Position numbers and translations under genes: made by a program. From Dicyema japonicum (Eukaryota > Animalia > Dicyemida), in assembly GCA_011109175.1 (NCBI GenBank), contig RDEW01000043.1, positions 248,001-312,000 of the forward strand: DNA of 64,000 nt. The letters run 5' to 3'. Position 1 is the first letter of the stretch. Every line of letters begins with the position of its first letter. Shown here in pieces: positions 10,680 to 22,850 of the stretch. Below the pieces are notes generated by a model. It searched no databases. It was not told the DNA's origin and saw only the letters and a program-made list of their open reading frames with translations.

Positions 10680-13600
10680 AGTTAGTTTATTAACCCCAGC
10701 CTCACTAACTTGTAGGAGGCCAGCAGCTATTAAGTAGGACGCAGCAGATTTTGGTCGCTCCCATAGATCAGTCAGTTCCGGCATTGTGGAGAAACGTTGT
10801 GCCAATTCATGACATTAAATAGGTGATTTGTTGTCAACACGTGTAGGTTGCAAAAGGGACAGAATCATCGTATGTTGGTAGATGTGGATGGTGCCCACAT
10901 CGTATACGAGCCAGGTTCACTCGTACGTCCCTCGGAAGAGAGGATTCTTATTGGTCTATTAAAGGAAGGGGTCGCTGTAATATTTGGTACTAAGACATTT
11001 GGCCGACAGACGTTTAGCCGACAATTCAATCAACCATAAATGATCAATAAATACACTATGTATTTTAATAACGGTAAAAAATTGAATTTTCACAAACCAC
11101 TCGTGGAAAGAGAAAACTTCTGCATGATGGCTATGCGTACATTATGGATAGACAGAGAGACAATGTCATATATTGGAGATGTGAGCTGAAAGGAAAATGC
11201 AAAGGCAGAGTAAGAACTGTTAACGAAGAACTTAATGGAACTATGACACCACACGAACATCCACCAAATGCAGGACGTTTACATGCGCTGAAAACCGTCA
11301 ATACGATAAAGAAGAGAGCGAGAGATTCTGAAGAAACTACATCCACAGTTATCCAAAATTGTTTAAACACATACCCTATTGATGCTCCAAAAAGAAACCC
11401 TTCCACGTACTGTTCGACGACAGCGTACAGATCAAATACAAGACGGTAATGTTCTAACTGATGAACTTAAAAGTACTCTCAGAGGAGATGATTTTTTGCT
11501 ACACGATAGTTATGGATTGCTTATATTAACAACAGCAAGAAACCTTGATCTTATGTCTATGAAAGAACATTGGTTATGTGATGGTACTTTTGATTCAGCT
11601 CCATTAGGTTTTCAGTTATATACATGTTGCATTATGTGAAACATGTACGGTTCCATTAGTGTACGCTATTGCTCGAGAAAATCTCAACAAATGTATGAAC
11701 AAATATTTTCAACACTGAAAGAGAAAAGGCCACAATTGAATCCACTATCATTTACCATAGATTATGAGCGAGCAGCGATCAATGCTATCAACAGAATTTT
11801 TCCAAATGCAAATGTGTATGGCTGCTACTTTCACTTTGGGCAGTGTTTATGGCGAAAAATACAAAATCTAGGACTGCAGGCATGGTATAATGACCCAGCA
11901 AATGCAAACTTAATTAAAAGTATTCAAGCACTGGCATTTGTTCCTGTACCTCAAGTCATTAAGAGTTTCTGAGCGCTCCTTCAAACTATAGATGACGAGA
12001 CTGATGACGTGTTGGGAGATTTTCTGACCTATTTTGAACAACATGGATCGGAGCTTTGCAACGTGGAAAGGGAAGAGGACCATCGTTTAGTTTGGAAATA
12101 TGGAATGTATACGACAGACAGGCAGAAGGCCTTTCAAGAACTACGAATTCACTTGAAGGATGGCACAGATCTTTTTCACAAAGAGTGTCTATAAAACATC
12201 CGACCGTTTGTCGGCTTGTTACAAAAATACGAAAAAAACAGTCGGAGTGGGAGCTCACAGTAGTACAAATGATGGTCGGAATAACAATAAGACAAGTAAA
12301 GAAGAAGTACCAGGATTTGAACAAAAGGATAAACAGCATTATTGAAAAATATGATGAATACACTCCAGTAGAATTTTTGACTGCGTTTTCTCATAACCTT
12401 TAAGTAAATGTTTTTATCTTAAATTTTATCTCTGAATTTTAAAACTAGAATTTCCTGTCGGCCTAATATCTGTCGGCCAAATGTCTGGACACTGTAATAT
12501 TTTATCGTCTCCGAGTCTTCGGATGCTTTTCTTAGAAACAAAATAGTGTATCTGTTTCAGACGACTCCTGTCATTGGGGATGGAAGGAATGGATGATGAC
12601 ATTCGAGACAAATCACTGGTTGTCATAATAATTTTCCTTATGTTTTGCGGTTTGCATAGAGAGTGGCAGGGATGTTCTAGGCTGTAGGCTTGGGAGAGAA
12701 ACTGGAGGACTCTCATTTCCAGACTGGAAAAATCTTTGACTCCCAATGTAGATGATCAACAGGAGTTGATCTGAGCATCCAGTAATTATCCTGAGCGCGA
12801 TGTTTTGTACTTTTTGTAGTTTGTCAATAAAGTAAGAGAGGCAGAGTTGACCAGCAACTTGCATATTAATAGTTGTTCGAATGAATTGTTTATGATGGTT
12901 AGGGCTTCTTTGCTTTGGCCAAAGGAATCTCCTGACACAGCTTTAAGTATGTTGATCTTGCGGGAGGCCTTTGTACATTGTTCCTCCACATGTTTAGATA
13001 AAGTTAGTATTTGGTCATAAATAACTACAATTTTTTGGGACGTTTCGTAACGGCGAGTGTATGTGCATGAATTGTTAAAATGGTTGAAAATTTAGTTGGT
13101 GGCGGTTGGACGTGAATACTGTGACCGTGGATTTCGATGGAGAGGGGGATAGGTGGTTTGCTCCAAGCAACTCTTCAAGAGTGTTCAAGTGGATCTGAAC
13201 ATCCTCTTTTGCTTCGTTGACGTCTATGTTTTCAGAGTCAATAATCAAGTAATCCGCATACAATAGGAGTAGAGTCTTGGAATTGGTTGAATGTCACTTA
13301 TGTTCAAGTTGAATAAGGTAGGTGACAAATTGGAGCCTTGAGAAATTCTATTTGGAAGGAGCATGTATTGAGATAGACATGACATAAATTTAACTCGACT
13401 AATTCTTATAAAGAGGAAATTTGTTAGCTAATTCTGAGGACGTAAAAAAATTCGAGATAAGAATTTTGTCACATAGCACTTGTCTTTATGTTCGATCAAA
13501 CGTTTTGGTTAAATCAATTGATGCAATGATACTCCGTTTGGAAGGATTATAATTGTTGAAAACAGTATCGATATATTGAGTTAGGTTAAGAGATGTGTTT

Positions 13601-15450
13601 ATGATGAGTATTTTGGACGAAAGCCATGTTGAAAATCAGCGAAGGAAGATACTTCGAAATTAATTTCAAAACAACACGTTCAACAATATTCGATACTACA
13701 GATGGTAGTGAAATTGGTCTAAAAGATCCGGGATCCGAAGGATCATTCTTGGGCTTCAGGATTGGGATTATTTGGATTTTTTCCATAGTGCAGGAATTCT
13801 GAAAGTGTTTATGAAAACAGAACTATGTCTGTTATTGCTTTAAGTCCTTGCATACTCCGGTGATTTAAAAATGCAGATTCCATCAAGCCTATTGGTATGA
13901 GTGCTTTTTGCGTTTTTGATGAGTTTTTTGACATCAGACGTACTTATATAACCGGGTTTCCTTGAGAAGTTTGAACGTTTTTCATTTTGCATGGACGAGA
14001 GCATTTTTTCATATCCATGTGACTCACTTCTGCGTAGTGGTCCATTATGACATTTGCCTGATGAGTGAAATCACGTGGTGTTTGATTCTTGTCAATACTG
14101 GTGGCGTGGATTGTCTCCATTCTATTTTGTTTCGACTGAATTCTACGTAAAGTACCCCAAAAATCCTTTAGTTTTGTTCGGTGGTTAATTTTTGTGACGA
14201 AATTGTTCCATCGGCCCAATTTCCTCTTGTTGATTGATCGTAATTTCCTATTAAGTTGGATAGTTGGCCGTAGAAATTCTTGATTTTTTAAGTCGCCCTC
14301 TTGTATGAATATTTTCGATAATTTCCTTAGAAATTGGGATTATAGTCTGCAATGAGCTCTTGGAATGTTTCTTATCGGCACTGAGGATGATTTCATTGCG
14401 GCGTCAAGCGATTTGAAATTCTCAACGAAAAAGTCGGATAAAAATTTTTCTGTTTCTTCTCTGAATGAATCCCATTTTGCACGTTTGTAATTTTTTATAG
14501 TTTTCCGGTGCCTAACAATAAGCGAGAGTAGTTCGATTGACAGTAGAATTGGATTATGGTCCGAGTGTAGGTCATATACAATTTTCCAAAATATCGCCGA
14601 AGATAGTGATGAAGAACATAATGTGTGGTCAGGAGATGTATTGGAGTGTCCAGGTCTGGAAGCTGCTCGAGTGTGTGATTTTCTGTCATTGAGGATTACT
14701 AATTGTTCTAATTGAGAGATGACCTGAAACCCCCTTTCATTACTCTTTAGGTCGATTAGCCAGAGAGGATCTTTTGCATTTAGGTCGCCGCAGATTATCA
14801 CATTTTCAATCTTTTGCAATTCAGTTAGATTTGGGGAGTAATGTTTTATACTGGGACTTGGTGGCGGGATGTAAATATTTACAAATGTATACCTTTATTT
14901 TCACCAAGACGGAAGTAAGTTTGATGTGATCGTCATCTTCAAACAGAGCTTGTGTCTGAGCGGAAGTATCGGAGAATGGAATAGATTTGTGTATGTATGA
15001 GAACACCGCTCCTCTGTTTGAATTCGGTCGATCACGGCGGACAATTGAGTAGTCCTTGTAGTGTGAAGCACTGACTTTCTTGATAGCTTCGTTTTCCTGT
15101 AGCATGGCAATATCAATTTTGTGGGAAGTTAGAAATGCAAAAAGTTCATTTGATTTGTGTGTGAGGCCGTTTATGTTGAATTGCATGATATTGAGGAATT
15201 TCCCGTTCTTATGGAGCCTGGGGTTCTGTTCGATGTCCCCAGCAAGGATTAGAAGTAGCCAATCCGATCTTTGAGAGTGAAAGCTGCGCGCCCGCTCAAT
15301 ACCGCCATCATCCAGTCCGACTTCCCAGAGGTCGAAGAGGTTGACAGGGGAATAGTTGTGGTTCTTTTAGTTGCCAGATTGATACTGGTATCCAATTTCT
15401 CCATGTGATGGTGAACCACGTTGAAAATTTCGTGGTTATAGGAGACATTT
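10680..15450 (-). mobile_element. Jockey/I-like LINE (APE endonuclease + RT), frameshifted, interrupted by a MULE
   Basis: APE motifs QFNINGL...IAMLQE (14821-15186) and IICGDLNA...SDHNPI (14340-14819). RT motifs IIPILKPKNDPSDPGSFRPISL (13586-13786) and YAD (13075-13263). The 3' end with GGGGTTAATAAA is at about 10690. Confidence 0.9.
10986..12492 (+). mobile_element. Mutator-like element (MULE) with FLYWCH and DDE transposase, TIRs and 9-10 bp TSD
   Basis: TIR AGACATTTGGCCGACAGA at 10993 with its inverse ending at 12486. TSD TGTAATATTT at 10976-10985 and 12493-12502. Motifs YWRCELKGKCKG...HEHPP, WLCDGTF, IDYE...GCYFHFGQC and TTNSLEGWH. Several frameshifts. Confidence 0.92.
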
Positions 15451-15499
15451 TGGAAATGGATCTAATATGATGGAAATGGATCTGATATGACAAAAGTCT

Positions 15500-15930
15500 C
15501 AGTCCATTGAGGTTAAAAAAACGTTTTTTATCCCTATTTTTAATTTTTTTCTTATTTTTGCGCAAAATTGAAGAGCCACAAACAGAATTTATGAACTCAA
15601 AGAGCAAACAGAATTTAGAACTCAGAGCCACGGTTGCCGTCGCAAGGGAACCAGAAGTTTCGACCACGAGTGGAACAAACAAGGATCCTGTACTTTGCTC
15701 GTTTTGTCCTCTCGGTCTTTTCATCTGCAGAGCAGGCTCCAGAGGGACTCTGATGTAGGTTGCAAGGGGCGAATGTGTCGGTACATGTGACTCCCAGACA
15801 AAAAGATTCCCGACTTCAAAATGGAAGATGGTATTCTCGTCGGGTCGTTTTCCGTCAGTCTGTAAAGGCCGACTAGTTAGAGCATAGAAAGGGTGTCCGG
15901 CAGCGTCTAAAAGTCGTCTAACGACTTCGT
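15500..15930 (-). mobile_element. CRE-like retroelement 3' fragment (REL domain)
   Basis: Minus-strand NEVVRRLLDAAGHPSML..., GKRPD, (W)-VTCTDTFAP and FVPLVVETSG. Confidence 0.8.
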
Positions 15931-15939
15931 TCAGTAAAT

Positions 15940-16300
15940 CGAATTAGCTACTCACGTGATCTCAACATGCTCCAAAGTGACCTCATTGGTACGATATTCC
16001 TTCCTTGAGTTCTCACAAGCATGTATAGGGCTAGAACAGAATTCTCATAGTTTCACAATCACGCTTTATAATTCTTGTTGATTAGTTATTCCAGAGGCAC
16101 TGAAAAAGAGTTCTTTCGGGAAGTCCATTGTTCACATACTTCGAATGATTTTTTGGTTAACTTCATGGCATTTGTCTAGGAAACAAATGTTCTCCACAAG
16201 GCGAATGCATATGAAATGCATTCCTCAATACAAGGCTAGACAGTTTCTAGGAGAGGATGACTTCCGATCTTTCATAAGTGGAAATCTTTGCCAGTGTATT
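15940..16300 (-). mobile_element. LINE RT C-terminal/3' fragment
   Basis: CIEECISYAFALW-like codons and a GATCACGTGA 3' signature at about 15955. Confidence 0.5.
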
Positions 16301-16628
16301 TGGTCAGGAGAAGGCCCTTCAACAACTATGTCGTGCCAGAAGGATTCGTTGCTTCACGGATGGGATACCTTTGGCGAAAATTGACTTTGCTGAAAAGCCC
16401 ATCTTTCGGATTCGAACTCACGAAGGTCAGATCCGATGTAATCAGATACTGCGTTCAGCCAAGAAGACTATCCATAATAAAAAATCCCATAAATGTCAAA
16501 TATGACAGAAAATCAATTTTAAATTTAAAATTAGTTTTTTTTTTTTAATAAAAAATGAATTAAATAAAAAGTCATTTTTTCACAAAACTATTAAAATTCA
16601 AATTTAATAAAATACTAGGTCAGGTAGA

Positions 16629-17692
16629 ATGGTTGGAACTGTGAGTGTTTAACTAAATTTAAGTCATATACGGTCGCAGTTCTTGGAGCTTGTGGAGGGA
16701 TTGGCCAGCCTTTGTGCTTGCTTTTAAAGTCATATGGGAATCTTATTGGACAACTCAACCTTTACGATGTAGTAGATCCTGCTGGTGTGCAGAGGACTTG
16801 TCTCACATTAATACAAATAGCTTGATAAGAAGCTTCACGGCTAACCAACTCAATGAAGCCCTAACAGGGGCAGACGTGGTTGTAATACCTGCTGGAGTTC
16901 CAAGAAAACCAGGTCTGGCTTGTCTTCATTTTAAGACATGTTGAGAAACGATTTGTTCAAGATCAATGCAAAAATAGTCAATAGCCTTATTGAAAGAGTG
17001 GCTCAGTACTGTCCTCAGGCCATGGTAGCCATCATAACCAATCCAGTAACCACGTGTTAATAATTTAGGTCAACTCAATGGTTCCTTTGGCAGCTGCTTC
17101 GTTATCAAATAAGGGAATAGATTCATCCAATCGACTTCTTGGAGTCACGACTCTCGATATCATTAGAACCTCGACTTTTCTGGCTAGAAAATTTGTATTC
17201 ATTAAACGGAGATCTCTAGGGACGTGATCCTAATGACATAAATGGGGTATGTATTGGTGGACATTCGGGGGCCACCATTGTGCCTCTGATAAGTGACCAA
17301 TCTCTGAATATCAGTGAAATCAATGAACTATCCCATAAAATCCGTGATGCTGGCACAGCCGTTGTAAATGCCAAGAATGGAAGCGTTGATACTAGTTTGT
17401 CTATTTTTAGGGATCCGCGACCCTTTCTATGGCTTTGGCAGGGTTTAGAACTGTCAATGCGATTCTTCGTGGACTTTCTGGAGAGAAAGGGGTCAAAGAA
17501 TGCGCATTTGTTAAATCTGAGCTTACTTCGGCCTCATATTTTGCCTCCCTTGTTGAATTTGGACTTGATGGAATCAACGTGCTTCCTCTCCCAGAGTTGA
17601 CTGAACATCAGCAAAAAATGCTTGACGAAGCTTTGCCAATTCTCGAAACTGACATTCAAAAGGGTCTTGATTTTTTCAATCAAACAAGCTGA
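16629..17692 (+). CDS. MDH2: NAD-dependent malate dehydrogenase, mitochondrial-type (MDH2) sequence
   Basis: MVGT|[22 protein letters not shown]...PAGVPRKP|DMLRNDLF...ITNP|VNS...GVTTLDIIR...|...[12 protein letters not shown]...|GSATLSMA...DFFNQTS*. GT-AG introns at 16641-16663, 16913-16935, 17046-17068, 17195-17219 and 17385-17410 (23, 23, 23, 25, 26 nt). One G is missing near 16789. Confidence 0.95.
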
Positions 17693-18599
17693 CTTTACTA
17701 ATTATTTTTTTACTTTTCTGGTTAACTAACACATTTTGGTTTTAAAAATAATTAATTTTTGAAGTTGGTCGATTATGGTACAGCTGTGGCATTACCCTCT
17801 ATGTGATTGTATATGACTTATTATGGACACAACCTCTTCCTTTTTGATTTGTCTAACCCGAATTTGTTAGGCGAGGAACCAAAATAGTGTCAAATTCGGG
17901 TCATTCATCTTCTCATTAAAAATGATATTTTTTGTTTGTAATAAATTTTTTTTTCGGGTTATATATAATTTGATTCCATTATACACACCTTTGGTTGCGG
18001 TTTATTTGTCATCATTGCTACTAATTAGAGCCGTCAAACCTCATCCAATAATTCACTAGAGCCTTACTAACAAACAGGAGGCTACCGCCCTTTAAGGATC
18101 CAGTTTCAACTATCAGGTTTGTCCCCGGGGTTAAGACAATGATCAATTTGATTCATGAATTTGTTCGTATCTTGATATATTTGGGGCAAATATAAAAATG
18201 ATAAATAGCAGTTCACCTCATGTGGCGGCTTTGGACCAGTTGATTGACATAGGAAGGAATTCAAATATCGCATTGTGATCTAGCGAATGAATCGCAAAAG
18301 CGGCGATGTGCGAACACAACAGTAACCACTACTTTGCAAACTATTTGATAATTGTTCTGTTGGTGATAGAGTAAACTTGAAACACTTACTAATGAAATTA
18401 TAAAAAAATTATGCCAGTGTGGAATTATTACAGATTGCTGGAAATGTGCGATTATTATTAAAGCTTCTGTAAGATATTCAGCAAATGTCTTAGCATCTGA
18501 TAATTTTCGACATTAAACGTTTTGGTTTGACAGTTGTTTTGTTGTGAGAAAAGCACCTAAAAAGAACGTCCCCATTTCGAGGAAAATGTACTGACCAAG

Positions 18600-20870
18600 T
18601 CATCTGAGATATGTTCATCCTGTCAAGCGTGAGATCTCCTGCTCTGCTTGTGGAGATTTCTTCCACCTCTAGTGTATCAAGCTATCCCAAGCCGCAGCAA
18701 GCGTGCTTGGAGTATGGCACTGCCAGTCATGCATCGGCCTATGTACCCCGTGCCCACGCCACTATTAACTCTCCCGTTAATTACCATCAACCACGGACCC
18801 AGAAATTTCTTACGCCTCATCTCTGAGTTACGTTCTTCACGGACTATCCCTGTGAAGATCCCCAAGGCCGTACGACCTGTGGTTGCGAAGGCCCTTTCCA
18901 AAACGATCGAAGATGCTCTCCGGCTTAACGAAGTACAGGATTGGGAGAGCTTATTCAGTTTTGCGCCTTTCACACTGGGGCTTGATCGAGATGGTCACGG
19001 AAAGGAGTCTCTCGCTACCACCATGAGACCAACATTCGTTCTTTTATGGGAGGAACCCACATCCCCAGTTGTTCCACAGCTTTTAACCTACGCCAGAGAC
19101 ACGTGGTGCGAACGAGGAAGTCGAAGGGTTCCGTCTCAAGAGAACTGTTCGGTCAAAGGTGGTACTTGCGCTGCCATCAGAGCGCTCTCCTCAAGTGGAC
19201 TTAGAAAACCGACTCCCGACGCCTACAATATTTTACTGAACAAACATCCCCTGTCACCTCATAACTTACGTCCAGTCGCTCCTCCATTTGGAGAGAGTCC
19301 CCTGACTGCATCAAACGATAAAGTTCACCTCCCAATACGGAATTTTTCCCCTAGTAGCAGTGGCGGGATCGACAGAATGAGACCTGGCTATCTGAAAGAT
19401 CTAACCTCTTTATCAGTAGAGACCAGGGACTTTGTCTTATGAATTCAATTACTTCACTTATGAACCGCATCCTGTCTGGATTACTTCCCGAAGTTATCCG
19501 CCATGTTCTGTTCTCCGCCAATTCGATAAGAAGTGGGCTGAGTACGACTGGTTGCGGTTGGGTTTGTCTTCAGAAGACTGGCTGCTAAGATTGCCTCCAG
19601 ACATTCTATTCCACTCTTCACACCATTCTTGAACCCATTTCAAATAAGCGTTGGTGTTCGCCTGGGATGCGAGCCTGCTGTTCATTCAGTGAAGACATTC
19701 CTAAACCGCAGTATGGAAGATTCACAGGAACCATGTCCTGGTCAAACTGGACATCAAGAACGACTTCAATAGTTTAAGGAGGGACAATATCTTGGAGGCG
19801 TGTATTGAGAGATGCCATAATATTTTCAATTTTGTAAATCAGTCATACAGCCTACATTTATCCTTACTTTTCGGGGACTACCAAATTCCTTCGTATTCCA
19901 AGAGTGCAACAGGGAGATCCTCTTGGACCCCTATTATTTTGCCTTGCATTTGCGAAAATCACCAAACTTCCGTGCTCGCCCTTCAAACTATGGTATCTGG
20001 ATGATGTCGTTCTCGGAGGACCCCCATATACTGTTTTCCGGGATTTGGAGGTGATAATTCCAGCACTTTTGGAAGCTGGACTGGAATTAAATTAAACTAA
20101 ATGAGAAATATACAATTGTGGACTTTCATAAGATAAGTATTTAAAAGCTGTGTCATCTTTCGCGAATTTACTACCTGGAATTATGAAGCTTGGAATTTGC
20201 AACCTTGTAGACGTTTTTCTCCTTGAATATCTCTCTTAGTTAATGGCCTGTAACACCCTTGTCAAGAGGATTCTACACTCCCTCTCTGAATTCTCTATTG
20301 ACCAGGACGCCGGTCATGCTCGTGAGGCCTGGAGCCGTACTTATCGCTTTCTGCTTTTGCGTTCTCTCAGCGGGGCCTGGATGATACTGTATGCCGGAAT
20401 TCTTTCGAAGATTTGTTAGTGTCATCAAGCCAACATCGCCGTGCCTGTTTGTTGTCGTGTCTTCCAAGAGCGGGGCCTGGTTCAACGGCGTTCCCAATGA
20501 AATTTTGGGTACTTTTCTGGATGATGAATGCGCCCGTATTGGGATCTCATTACGACTGGGATTAAAAGTCTGTATTTCGCATCCGTGCCGATGCGGATAA
20601 CAGATCAACTGTTGGCCCTACACCTTCTCTCCTGCAGGAAAAGTGCACAGATTTCCCAGACACATGGCCTTGAACGAACTCGTTAGGCGAGCTTTGGACG
20701 CTGCCGGACCCCCTATATGCTCGAACTAGTCGGTCTTTGCAGGCGTGACGGAAAACAACCAGATGGGATGGCAATCTTCCCTTTTGAAGTTTGTAAACCT
20801 CATGTATGGGACGTCATCTGCATTGACACACTTGCCCCTTGTAACCTTAATAAATTATTATTAACCCAAG
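18600..20870 (+). mobile_element. CRE-like non-LTR retrotransposon (PHD - RT - zinc knuckle/REL), degenerate and partly deleted
   Basis: PHD-like CSSC..CSAC....H..C..WHCQSC; RT motifs SSGGIDRMRP, QQGDPLGPLLF and WYLDD; C-terminal RLGLKVCISHPCRCG, DGKQPDG and WDVIC. Confidence 0.88.
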
Positions 20871-20899
20871 AACACCAATATTTAATTTAATTACTAAAG

Positions 20900-21100
20900 A
20901 TCACAGAACCGGACCTACGCCTCTGGAGGCCCTTATGAGACTAGACTCCAGATCACGGGAAGAAGGCCCTGAAAATTCAAGCAGCCGTCCTGTACGTTCA
21001 TTCGCGGGCACGAAGGAAGAACACCAGGCAAAGATGAGGTCTTTGTTAGAATGCATCGGTATCACGTGATAATAGTTTGGTTTAACGTGGTCTTGGGAAA
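20900..21100 (+). mobile_element. Short LINE 3' end with hairpin
   Basis: Homologous to 28090-28290 and 34250-34400; ends ATCACGTGATAATAGTTTGGTTTAACGTGGTC. Confidence 0.7.
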
Positions 21101-21109
21101 TATAAAAAA

Positions 21110-22210
21110 ATTAATTAAGTGATCTTGCATAAGACACGTCGTGGCTGTGTATTGTTGAGAGTTGCACTCCCTGCAACAGGGAAGCAAATCCCTCTCCAGG
21201 GTCTTCAAGTGATGAGGGTATTAGTTTTTTTAGTTCTCGAGATTACTAATAGTAGTGGCTGTCGAGACCTGAATGTCGCGGATTCTTTGTTTGTTCGTCC
21301 AGGACAGATTGATTCTCCATGACGCACAGGCATAGCTGACAGATGGCTCAATGAATTGTTTGTACAACAATTTCAAAGCCGGGAAAGGGGTTTTAATGCC
21401 ACCGAAAATAGTTTTGATTATCCCTAGCATTCTTGAGCAGCAACCAGAGATGCCGTCACGTGAGATGAAAAGGACATGTGTATGTCGAAGGTGATCCCCA
21501 AGATTTTCAGTCTCTTCGTAAAAGGTATTTTTGACTGGTTGATAAATATATCCACTGTCGTTTGTCAAGTCGTTTGTCTGAGGTAAATAAGGACGAAGAA
21601 GATTTTTCTGTAGATTTATCAAGCCGGTTATAAATTAGCCAAATTTGAATTTTGTGAAGGTATTCTTGTAGTCTTTCTGATGCCTTTAGGTCATTATTAT
21701 CGGGTTGTGGTAAATCGGACATGTATAAGTTAAATAAGTCGGGAGATAAAGGGGAACCTTGTGGGACACCATTGAGTAGTAATCTTGAAACTGATTTTGT
21801 CCCATCCATGTATACCCGGGCCCTTCTTCCATTGATGAAGTTAGCAAGCCAAAGTTTATATTGAGGTTGACGGGGAGGGAAAACAATTTCCGGGTTAGGG
21901 TTTCCTTGAGACAGAATCGAAGGTTTTTTGTAAATAGATCGAGCAAACTTTTTAAAGTTGCGAAGATTTATGTTAAAGTTTTCAAAGATAAATTGGTTGA
22001 AAGAAGTGAGGTGTGTAGAGGTTGAATAACCCCATCTGAATCTATGTTGTGAGGACGAAAAAAGAAGGGACGGGGTTATAAGATTATGTATCAGTTTTTC
22101 TAATAATTTTGATAAGGTTATTTGTAAAGAGATTGGTCGAAATGATGTAGGATTGTCCTTAAGCATCTCAGGCTTAAGGATTGGGCGTATATATATGATA
22201 GTTTCCAAAT
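21110..22210 (-). mobile_element. Internally deleted LINE RT
   Basis: PILKPEMLKDNPTSFRPISL, QHRFRWGYST, NGVPQGSPLSPDLFNLY and LYKQFIEPSVSYACASW. Confidence 0.85.
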
Positions 22211-22850
22211 ATTTGGAGTGGTATTGAATAGTTGAAAATCACTGTGATTGTATCAATCGCAATGGGTCCAAGGTGTTTTAGCAAAATACCAGATATAATC
22301 AGGCCCACATGAGAGGAAGAATTCATCCTCTTCAAACCTCACTGACATCTGAATGTGAGATAAAGTTGTTTCTGTAGAAGTGGAAACTAAACACACTTAA
22401 TTAGTTGTTTACTTTAACTTCTTTTTCGGTATATCCGGGGTTAATAAATAAATAAATTGTAGACGAAAAGTGCTCTAATTCAGGGCATTCAAAAAGGTGA
22501 TTTTCTATTAACTTGGAGAGGTTTCAAAAGGAACAGAGGTCAACAGTTACCTCATTTAGTTTACGTACGTAATTTGGTAGAAAGGGGTGTTGCCTACATC
22601 GTAGACATGCCAGGTTTACCTGGATGTCCCTCGGAAGAGAGGATTCTGATTGGAGAGGAAACCGGCGTAGTATTCGAGTCTTCGGATGGTTTTCGTAGAA
22701 AAAATTCGCGCATCTGTTTCAAACGACCTCTGTCACTGGGGTTCTCCTTGGAAAATTACTTTCATTTTTAAATTATCAAATTCGAAAATAGTGATTAAAT
22801 TAAAAACAGCCTATAAATATAAAATTAAATATCAATTTTATGTAGAATTT

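Noticed and set aside
16405-16465. Minus-strand Pol III A-box/B-box-like pair (TGGCTGAACG ... GTTCGAATCC): tRNA or SINE head
   Set aside because: The T-stem and acceptor stem do not pair and no second copy exists in the window; probably chance within a LINE relic.
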